This document shows, piece by piece, positions 1 through 8,314 of a stretch of DNA of 51,282 bases. Origin of the DNA: an uncultured Nitrososphaerota archaeon (GTDB taxonomy: Archaea > Asgardarchaeota > Njordarchaeia > Njordarchaeales > Panguiarchaeaceae). The position numbers and the translations under genes were made by a program. The notes under the pieces were generated by a model that saw nothing but the letters and a program-made list of their open reading frames with translations, was not told the origin of the DNA and did not search any database. Positions within the stretch are counted from its first letter, which is position 1. The number at the start of each line of letters is the position of its first letter. The stretch spans positions 1 through 51,282 of the forward strand of contig CAZWPQ010000014.1 in the NCBI GenBank assembly GCA_964636085.1, given 5' to 3'.

Positions 1-351
1 TCTCTCCCGAGCTCCATCGCTATCCGATTTATCGACTTGTGTGGTAGGTTCCAGACTATGTAGAACATCTCGCCTAGTCTGAGTTTCTGTCTACTGAACA
101 CTGTGCCTGTGAGTACTGAGAATGTCTTCTTGCAGCGTGGATTTAGGCACATGTATCTCTGTACCTCTATGTCTCCTTTTTTGTATGGTGTGTGTTTTTT
201 TGACGTGTTTTGATCCGCAGTGTGGGCAGTATACTCCGTTTGCCCACCTTATCTTTTCTAGGTATTCCAGGCATTTTTTCTCATCCAGTAGGAATAGTTC
301 TATTCCTTCTGCTGGTCCTGTTGGTTGTGGTTCTATTAGTTGTAGTTTCAA
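1..351 (-). mobile_element. IS1595-family (ISXO2-like) transposase, N-terminal part; +1 frameshift at T7 run 195-201; truncated by window edge
   Basis: ORF 91..351 starts with the typical IS1595 motif (EKKCLEYLEKIRWANGVYCPHCGS). After the A7 run the +1 frame continues KHTPYKKGDIEVQRYMCLNPRCKKTFSVLTGTVFSRQKLRLGEMFYIVWNLPHKSINRIAMELGR to base 1, completing the Zn ribbon and the TGTxF/HTH motif. Confidence 0.85.
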
Positions 352-390
352 TATACTCAGTATTACATCAATTATAGGCTCTAAAATTCA

Positions 391-408
391 TTTATAAGTC
401 TTTTTTGG
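391..408 (-). promoter_or_regulatory. putative archaeal BRE/TATA promoter of the transposase
   Basis: The minus strand reads AAAAAAGACTTATAAA, a purine-rich BRE followed by a TTATAAA box, ~40 nt upstream of the TTG start. Confidence 0.4.
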
Positions 409-684
409 TGTATATAGTCTAGCAACAGTCAACTGAGGGGGGAGAGGGTATAATTATTATAGCGAACTACTCGAACGCCAAGGAGGAAAAGTAATTTGCA
501 GAGTACATTTAGGAGCTAAAAACACTAACTATAAAGGGCATATCCTACTCATACCACTTTTCGGCGGCCACATTTCGTTGGATAAAAATATTGTGGTTCT
601 GATAGTATATTACGGGAAAGAAATAATTTTAAATAAGGTAAAGACTATATAGTTCTGTAGAAAAATAGTGCTAAATGCGCTGAC

Positions 685-813
685 AGTCTAACTAGAGGTT
701 ACAAAAATAGCTCTAGTTAGGCTAATGAAGAGAAGTCTGCCATACCTAATGGCAGATTCAGAATCCTCACTATATACCCCTAGAAATCGCCCCTATCATT
801 GGCGATTTCTAGG
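685..813 (+). other. three consecutive stem-loops (structured leader or small ncRNA candidate)
   Basis: Stems 685-697/711-723 (13 bp, one G-U), 734-743/749-758 (10 bp, one G-U) and 779-791/801-813 (13 bp perfect, CCTAGAAATCGCC/GGCGATTTCTAGG). Confidence 0.6.
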
Positions 814-841
814 TTTAAAGCTGTAATTTGGGGTGTAAAGT

Positions 842-3800
842 TTGAGGAAACATATAGTTTTGGGTCTAATTTTCCTAGTATTTATTAGTCAAATACATCT
901 TACTGACTACAATACGAACAATTCGACAGATCAGGCAGAGCCTTCATCGGGTTTTAATATTAGCGATGATTCCAGTGAATACTTTGATGCCATCGTTAGA
1001 AATTCTCTTATCAATGGAACAATTCTTATTGACGGAGAATCCAAGGTTAGGTTTGAGAATGTATCCCTCCTAAACTCAATCGTTATTGTCAGAGGCAACG
1101 CTAAATTGGAGATAGTAAATTCATCTGCAAGTTACTTTATGGCGTATATAACGGGTAATGGTGAGCTACAATTAAGAAACTTTACTACTGACAATGGTAG
1201 AATTTTCGTAGGGGGGAATGGTCTGCTCGTCGTTGATAATGGATTTAATTCTTCATACACATATCTTGAAGCATATGGACGGTCGCGAATAAGAATATAT
1301 AGAGAGGTCTATGGAACAGTATCGATCGTTGTTGGGAACATGACTAGGCTGTATATGGAACACATAAAAGGAAGTGATGAAGATGACGGTGGCTTGGATT
1401 TGACCCTTTATGGAGATTCTTTTGCATCACTATACGACTTTAACAATAAAAACTTCAGTAACATAAGAGCTTTTGATTCTTCTCAAGCAATATTATCTAC
1501 ACTAAATGCGGATAGTGTATATCTATATGATAATGCCTCCATAGTAACCAATGATACTAACATAGGCTCTATGGAAGCTTATGGCGGCTCTAATCTAATA
1601 GTAGTAGCATCAAACATCAGTAACTTCGAAAATGATTATGTTGGTGTTAATGGATATTTCTCCTGGACTAACATCACTTTTATGAATTTGATGTCCCAAT
1701 CAATCGTTAACTTATCTCACTGTGATATACAAACTTTGCAATTTTTGAATGTATTCAACGACACTTTAATCATAGACTCCAGCGGTTGGGCCTACTCATA
1801 TAAATATGTGAACTATATTAATACTTCAAGTACTGCAGATACAATAATCAATATGACTGACTCCACCATAATGGTTGTTGACGCACCACAATTCCAATTT
1901 AGCGATGATATGACTATTTCATCTTTGATAATCATGGATGTTAGGGATACCGAAATAACAGACTCAAACATCATGGTCCACTCTAGCATTTATGTGGAGA
2001 ATACAACTATAAATATAGCCAAAACAAATATTTCAGCAGCGGACAGCTCCTACAGTCTAACAGTAGTTAATTCGATTGGATTCGTTGTTAACTCAAATAT
2101 AAATGAAACATTCGCAAGAATCGAAAATTCAGACATAGAATTCATAAATAGTACTCTAAATTGGACACCAGGCATAGGAGATGGCATCTATCTTGTTCGG
2201 TCTAGACTATTCCTCAACTCCAGTGTTATAGATAGTAATGTTATTATAGATACTATAAGAGTCGAAGATGGAACCTTTACATTCGAGGATGGAATAATCC
2301 GCACCATCTCGGGGGACGTAATCTACGGAATTGAGGGGTATGGTGAGGCACAAATAACTGGCGATGTTGAAATAGGTTGGATATATATTTTTGGATCACA
2401 CCTCTTCATAAATGAGTATATTTTTACTAGAGCAACATCTAGCTATGGAGATTACTACGTAAAGGTTCATGCCGTAGTATCAACTCTAATACTAAACGAC
2501 ACGCACGAAGATAAGTCTAGGGATGTTTATCTTAATATTACAATTGCAAATCTAACCACACTAAAGTGCTACAGTAGTGACGTTGACTATATATCATCAT
2601 ACGATAGCTCTATTCTAGGGGGAAACATAACAGCGAAGCACATAATTATGCATACAAGCACATTAAACATAACAAACTCTAGTATTAATGAGATCTATTC
2701 CTATGAAGATGGAGACATATATGTTAATGCCTCTAACATATCGGTTATGAAGATCGGTCTTGCTGAGGATAATGAACCCTCTCCACTAACTACCACTGAT
2801 GCTTTAATAGAATACAGCAATATAACTAGCATATATGCTTTCAGCTCTGGGACTCTAAGAATAACAAACTCGACTGTCGATAATGTATTCACACTATTCC
2901 CTACTACAATTATAGAGGATTCTACAATAGGGATTGTGACGAGGATGTACAAACTTCATACTGGTGATATTAATATCGTTTCTAATACACTTCCAAGTGG
3001 TTCCTATACGGATCTGCTTACCATTACTGATAGTTCTGTTGATTCCATTAGAGAGGGATTAGTGTTTCAGGGGTCTAACCTTAACCTTAACATAGAGAAT
3101 TCTGAGTATGTGGCTCTAGTAGTTTACTCAGTGGAGACAAACATTAAGGTGAATAACTCCCAAATAAATATTACTATACTTATGGCCGACAGCATAACCA
3201 TTAATAATAGCCTAATATTGGTGACAGAGGAGGAAACACCAATAGTATATCAAGCAACCGAGGTTGAGTTACAAAACACCTCGATAGTATCCTCTCATTC
3301 CATTTATATGTGCCCAAATGCAAGGCCTACTGGGACGCTTAGCGGAACACTAAGAATCAAGAACAGCACATTAACAGCAACCGTTACATTCATAGGGGAT
3401 TACAATGCGATATTAGATGATGTTGATGCAAGCGAGTCACACGAGATAAACATAGCTAACTCAAATATCAGTATAATAAATTCTGAGTTCTCAGCAATCT
3501 ACCTCAACAGATCCTGCGGAGCAATTAATGGTAGCAATATAGATCTCCTAATTATTGATGATGAAACTCACATTCTCTTAGAAGACATTGTGGTTAATGC
3601 GATTGTGATGCGCTATTGGCAGTTTTTCGGCCCGTGGTATTCAGGTCCCCCAAACATAGATTTTAGCTTCACAAGAGACATGCATCTTCACGTTGAAGAA
3701 TCCACAATAAATTATGTACAACCCATGTTTTATCATATTGATGATTCATCTTCAACTAGTTTTGATGATGGAGTAGTAAGTGGTGACTACAGCTTGAAGA

Positions 3801-4597
3801 CGATTTACGAGGATTCTGCTCTCGGAGATGCACAATTAACGATGATTGAAGTTATTGAACACGCCAAGGTAAGTATAGATCATTACTATTACTACAAAAT
3901 TATTGTTGGTTTCTGGGTGAATATAAGTAGTGATACCGAGCCCCCTGAAATTTTTTCACTGAATAGTAGCCACATAGACATAGAACTAGGCCTGCCTATT
4001 CTTCTATGCTATGAACTTCACGACGACTCGCCTTTAGGATTTATTGTTCTTCTAAATGGAACATACATCGATAATGGAAGCTATTATGACGGCTATTTAC
4101 TTATAGTCGATTTGACACCAAGAATACATGACGCGGGAACATATAATCTTACAGTAATAGCAACAGACACTAAACTAAATATGAACAAGACAGAAACTAC
4201 AATAGTAGTATATCCCTCAGAACCCCCAGAAATAACTGAGCATCCCGAAGATACTTATACAATTGAGGTAGGAGAAGACCTATCACTAATTTGGCGTGCA
4301 ACGGACAGATCGCCAAGCATATACAAAATATACCTCAATGGTGCAGTAATTCAAGAGGGAGAATGGGATTCGGATGAAGAAATAAGCTATTTATTTGAGG
4401 GTGAAGAAACTGGACACTATAACGTCACGATAGAATTCAAAGATGCCTTAGGCAACACGGCAAGCCATACAGTAGAAATTAATGTTAGCGAACCATCAGC
4501 CCGCATGTTCTCGACACAAACAGTGATTATAGTAACAATAGCGGTTGTCGCTGTCGCAGTAGCATTTTTGATTACTAGGAAATTCTTGAGAAGATAA
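842..4597 (+). CDS. large membrane-anchored surface glycoprotein: beta-helix/solenoid repeats, two C-terminal Ig-like domains, TM anchor
   Basis: N-terminal signal peptide, extensive I.NS.I-type repeats and many N-x-S/T sequons. Ig-like modules (DTEPPEI..., SEPPEITEHP...IWRATD...YNVTIEFKDALGN) precede a hydrophobic C-terminal helix followed by RKFLRR. Confidence 0.8.
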   Translation: MRKHIVLGLIFLVFISQIHLTDYNTNNSTDQAEPSSGFNISDDSSEYFDAIVRNSLINGTILIDGESKVRFENVSLLNSIVIVRGNAKLEIVNSSASYFMAYITGNGELQLRNFTTDNGRIFVGGNGLLVVDNGFNSSYTYLEAYGRSRIRIYREVYGTVSIVVGNMTRLYMEHIKGSDEDDGGLDLTLYGDSFASLYDFNNKNFSNIRAFDSSQAILSTLNADSVYLYDNASIVTNDTNIGSMEAYGGSNLIVVASNISNFENDYVGVNGYFSWTNITFMNLMSQSIVNLSHCDIQTLQFLNVFNDTLIIDSSGWAYSYKYVNYINTSSTADTIINMTDSTIMVVDAPQFQFSDDMTISSLIIMDVRDTEITDSNIMVHSSIYVENTTINIAKTNISAADSSYSLTVVNSIGFVVNSNINETFARIENSDIEFINSTLNWTPGIGDGIYLVRSRLFLNSSVIDSNVIIDTIRVEDGTFTFEDGIIRTISGDVIYGIEGYGEAQITGDVEIGWIYIFGSHLFINEYIFTRATSSYGDYYVKVHAVVSTLILNDTHEDKSRDVYLNITIANLTTLKCYSSDVDYISSYDSSILGGNITAKHIIMHTSTLNITNSSINEIYSYEDGDIYVNASNISVMKIGLAEDNEPSPLTTTDALIEYSNITSIYAFSSGTLRITNSTVDNVFTLFPTTIIEDSTIGIVTRMYKLHTGDINIVSNTLPSGSYTDLLTITDSSVDSIREGLVFQGSNLNLNIENSEYVALVVYSVETNIKVNNSQINITILMADSITINNSLILVTEEETPIVYQATEVELQNTSIVSSHSIYMCPNARPTGTLSGTLRIKNSTLTATVTFIGDYNAILDDVDASESHEINIANSNISIINSEFSAIYLNRSCGAINGSNIDLLIIDDETHILLEDIVVNAIVMRYWQFFGPWYSGPPNIDFSFTRDMHLHVEESTINYVQPMFYHIDDSSSTSFDDGVVSGDYSLKTIYEDSALGDAQLTMIEVIEHAKVSIDHYYYYKIIVGFWVNISSDTEPPEIFSLNSSHIDIELGLPILLCYELHDDSPLGFIVLLNGTYIDNGSYYDGYLLIVDLTPRIHDAGTYNLTVIATDTKLNMNKTETTIVVYPSEPPEITEHPEDTYTIEVGEDLSLIWRATDRSPSIYKIYLNGAVIQEGEWDSDEEISYLFEGEETGHYNVTIEFKDALGNTASHTVEINVSEPSARMFSTQTVIIVTIAVVAVAVAFLITRKFLRR

Positions 4598-4610
4598 GAA
4601 GAAGATTTTA

Positions 4611-4624
4611 TCTTTTCTTTTTTC
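4611..4624 (+). terminator. oligo-T archaeal terminator
   Basis: TCTTTTCTTTTTTC lies just after the stop codon at 4597. Confidence 0.5.
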
Positions 4625-4969
4625 TATATGTCAATTTCTCAGTACCTTTTGCCGGTATTGGTTTTTATCTCCCCTTCGATTCTTATAGTTGTTCTTTAGA
4701 ATGCTTAAGATAGATGACTTCACAAGAATAATAGCCTCTATATCACGAATAAAAACAGGAAGCCAAAACTGACATGTGTTTTTTGATGTAGAGCGGTCGA
4801 AGTTTATCGAATTTTTCCCACGCAGATTTTTGTAGAATTTCACTAAAAAAGTGGAAAATATAGCGAGTTACAGTATATGAATTTTTATGAATTTTGATAT
4901 AGCTCTTCGTTTTAAGGAAGTAATCTATGCAGTTTTTATCACTACAGAGTTCAGATTTTCTCAGAAAAT

Positions 4970-5974
4970 GTGAATCAATTTTTAGCAATTTTACCGTATA
5001 TTTTTGGGTGTAGATATTTGGTGGATGCCGCGTCCTATTTCAAGAGAGCCATAGAGAAAATCCGTCAGTTGTCCCATGCAGAAATGAAGCTTATGTTGGC
5101 GTTTATTGAGAATAAGAGAGTTAAAATCACCAAGATAGTCTCTCTCAGCCGCTCCTACGGGCTATCTGGTCTAATCACACTAAAGGCCCTAATAACACTG
5201 ATAAAAAGGGGACTAGTAATCCCTATATTCTATTTCCCAGATGATGTAGATCAGCTCCTAACAAGGATTCCATTTGCGAGCCTCTTCTTAAGTTTTGACG
5301 AAGTAGTTGACATGAAGACAATCCCTAAAAGGCTCAGAGATAGATTATCTCTAGTAATTAATGAGTTTAAGAGACAGTATGATGCATTTGCAGCGGACAT
5401 AGGAATATTCTATAGGCCGACCAGGCATGGCATTGTAGAGACTAGGTCTGTATGGACAATCATCAAGAAGTTTTATCAGGATGTCGACCCCTGCGAAATT
5501 GTTGATTATCTTCGTGGAATGTTTGATACTGAGATTCCGAATGAGGACATAAGGAACTATCTACAGAGGATCATAGGGTATGGGCTACTTTCACTCTGGA
5601 CAACATATTATCTATCGATAATCCACAAGAGAAGCGATATCTTGGAGAAGAGCTATATAGAGACCATAGATAGGATAAATAATTTGGTCCTAGACAGGCC
5701 GGAATTACAAAGGCAAAAATATGGGGCGAGCTATATGGATAATATCATTGGACGTTATATTAATTTGCTGTACTTCATATATTCATCGTTGAAAGAGGCC
5801 TATTTTGCTGGAATAGAACTACCAAGACAAAGCATTATGGATCTTGATAATCGAATCACTAAAGGACTAGAAAAGTTGGGTAGACTAGTAAGAGCCGCCC
5901 CACCAGACATGGATAGACTTAAAAACATTAGACAGGAATTTATGGAACTGATGGGCCTGAAAAAGCGGATCTAA
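4970..5974 (+). CDS. hypothetical cytoplasmic protein, probable N-terminal winged helix-turn-helix (true start likely TTG 5018 or GTG 5021)
   Basis: LSHAEMKLMLAF...SLSRSYGLSGLITLKALITLIKRGLVIP fits a wHTH pattern. The remainder looks helical. A GGGTG SD-like motif lies just before 5018. Confidence 0.55.
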   Translation: MNQFLAILPYIFGCRYLVDAASYFKRAIEKIRQLSHAEMKLMLAFIENKRVKITKIVSLSRSYGLSGLITLKALITLIKRGLVIPIFYFPDDVDQLLTRIPFASLFLSFDEVVDMKTIPKRLRDRLSLVINEFKRQYDAFAADIGIFYRPTRHGIVETRSVWTIIKKFYQDVDPCEIVDYLRGMFDTEIPNEDIRNYLQRIIGYGLLSLWTTYYLSIIHKRSDILEKSYIETIDRINNLVLDRPELQRQKYGASYMDNIIGRYINLLYFIYSSLKEAYFAGIELPRQSIMDLDNRITKGLEKLGRLVRAAPPDMDRLKNIRQEFMELMGLKKRI

Positions 5975-6027
5975 ATAAACAAACACGTATTTTCTCTGTG
6001 ATACTAAACTGTGGGTAACGGGAGTAT

Positions 6028-6928
6028 TTACACTTCTGCTTGGGTATCTATGCTGGAGAGATACCGATAGATATTGTCGGCAAGAATAGCTACTATATTC
6101 CCCCTTTTAGTCTCTGATGCCATTTTCGAAGCCACATATACTGTGGCACCAGAACTTATACATGCGAGTATACCTTCCTCCCTTGCCAGTCGTATCATGG
6201 CCTCAACAGCTTTTTGTCTTTCAACCTCATAAATTTCGTCGATCAGGTTCTCACTAAGTAGTGGGGGCTTAAAAACTTTTGGATTAACAGTACCATCTAT
6301 CTCGTAGTCCTTTTTGGGGACAACACCCACGACTCTGATTTCTGGATTTCTCTCCTTTAGGAATTTGGCTAGGCCAATAATTGTCCCAGCAGTACCTATA
6401 CCAGCCACAACACAGCTAATATCCCCCCCTCAGATCCTCCCAAATCTCCCTTGCCGTACCAACATAATGAGCCAAAATATTCATATCATTCTTAAACTGA
6501 TTACGCATCAAAAACTTTTCGGGATTCTTAGCAACAATTTCTTTTGCACACTCATAGGCAACGGCCTCGCTCTCTACCTCCACAACATCAGCACCCAATA
6601 TCTTCAGGAGCTCCAACTTTTCCCTTGATATGTTCCTGGGAATTATTATTTTTGCCCTATAACCAAGATGACTAGCGATAAGAGCCAGTGCTATTCCAGT
6701 ATTCCCAGATGTTGGCTCTACAATGACCTTACTCCCCGATAATTCACCCCTATATAAAGCAGCTCTAATCATCATGGATACGATTCTGTCCTTTATAGAT
6801 CCCGATGGGTTATAATACTCTAATTTCGCATAGACATGTACATGCCTGTTTGAAAAACTTTTGAGGTGTATTAAAGGTGTCCTGCCGATAAGCTCCAATA
6901 TGTCCTCAACAATCACGATTATCACCAC
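6028..6928 (-). CDS. cysK: PLP-dependent cysteine synthase family protein (CysK/CysM/CBS-like), split by a 1-nt frameshift in a G7 run at 6423-6429
   Basis: Motifs IGRTPL, KLEYYNPSGSIKDR (PLP Lys), EPTSGNTGIALA, NQF.N..N..AHY, GIGTAGT and ISSGA. Removing one G joins the two ORFs as EDLRGDISCVVAGIGTAGT. Confidence 0.85.
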
Positions 6929-7085
6929 TCTATAGCATTATAATTAGTAGTTTTAAATCTTGTTTCAAGATACCTATCCAGCAATTTAGCTCCAAACTAA
7001 AGACATTGTTTATAGTGAAAGTAAATCATTATGAGCACGCATCTGATTGTTATGACCAAAAAATAGATATGTATTAAAAAACAAA

Positions 7086-8054
7086 TTATGCCTTTTTGAT
7101 AAAGTATATGCCTCCAACATATACACTTATCGCGCTTGAGAGTCTTATGTATTGCAAAAATGCCACTAGGTCCGTATAGCTAGTGAGGGATTTCACGTCA
7201 AGAACTATTGAGATAACAGAGAATAGAGTGGCTATGAGGCATAACACAACAATAATTTTGGATATATGGATATACCCCGCACCCGCCAGTAGTGAGGTAA
7301 CGAGGAGTACAGCTCCGATATATAGGAGAAATCCAATTATCATATCAAAATATGTCCAGTACTGCTCTGGTATATTGAGGAGACTCCTGATATACTCGAA
7401 TATCTGGGGGTTACTGCTAAGCCCAGCCAACATTGAGAAAAATGACATAGTACCAATAATGATTGTCCATCTATACTCCTCAAAGGTCGCCATGAAGGAT
7501 AGCAATACTCCAGCACCAGCCACGCCTATCTCTATACCGAGTATCCTGAATGCCTTGTATAGATTGTTGATATCTCCCTGTGCTGCTTGGTAAACATAAT
7601 TCTGAATTATTGGGCCCAGGAAGAATATACGTATAAGTAGAGAAACTAAGGAAATACCTGCACCGATCCCTATTAGCCAGTTTCCTAATCTACGTACCTT
7701 CGGTATCAGGAGACTACCCACAATTACTGTTAATCCCCCGCCTGTAGCCGGATATATCAGTATGTTCAATATTAATGTTCCATATTTCTCTGGTAAATAG
7801 CCTAGTTCTATTGCCTTGTCGATGGCAGTCTCATAAAAACCAACACTCCCAACGGCACCGACAAGGAAGAGTATTAGGCCGCCCACCACGCCCAATATTA
7901 CTTGGACACGGTATTCCTTCTTTTCCCTCACCTTAACTTTTTTTCTTGGTGGCTTTTTCTTTCTTCTCTGTTTTTTCACTCCTTTCGGAGACCCTCCCAA
8001 CATCTATCTCCTCTATTTCCTCAAGTAATTTATCAATATTTTCCCCTCAGCCAT
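7086..8054 (-). CDS. polytopic membrane protein (~8 TM, two related halves) with charged N-terminal tail; ORF track start 8003, probable true start 8054 with two compensating homopolymer indels
   Basis: Multiple hydrophobic helices. An AGGTGGT SD precedes ATG 8054, and the reconstructed N-terminus is MAEGENIDKLLEEIEEIDVGRVSERSEKTEKKEKATKKKVKVREKKEY. Confidence 0.6.
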
Positions 8055-8314
8055 AGACTACCACCTGGATACTCCAAACCGAGGTACGCGCTAGGCATAA
8101 ATCAGTGGGGGTTTATATGAAGGATAGTACGTAGTAGTTAATAGTTAAAATTAATTTATAATGTAGCAACTAAAGGTCTATAAATATAGTACCAAACAAA
8201 AGATCTGTTGCTTAGAAGGAACCGCAAAAATTCCTCTGGCGGTCTGATCACATAAACATGGAAGAAATTATGAATATCAATTAGATATTTAATGCCAAAA
8301 AATAGATTATGGAG

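Noticed and set aside
122-397. 91-aa plus-strand Cys-rich ORF
   Set aside because: It is antisense to the IS1595 transposase.
4631-4988. Two short minus-strand ORFs (70 and 81 aa)
   Set aside because: They lie in AT-rich intergenic sequence with no SD or recognisable motif, and overlap the terminator/promoter region.
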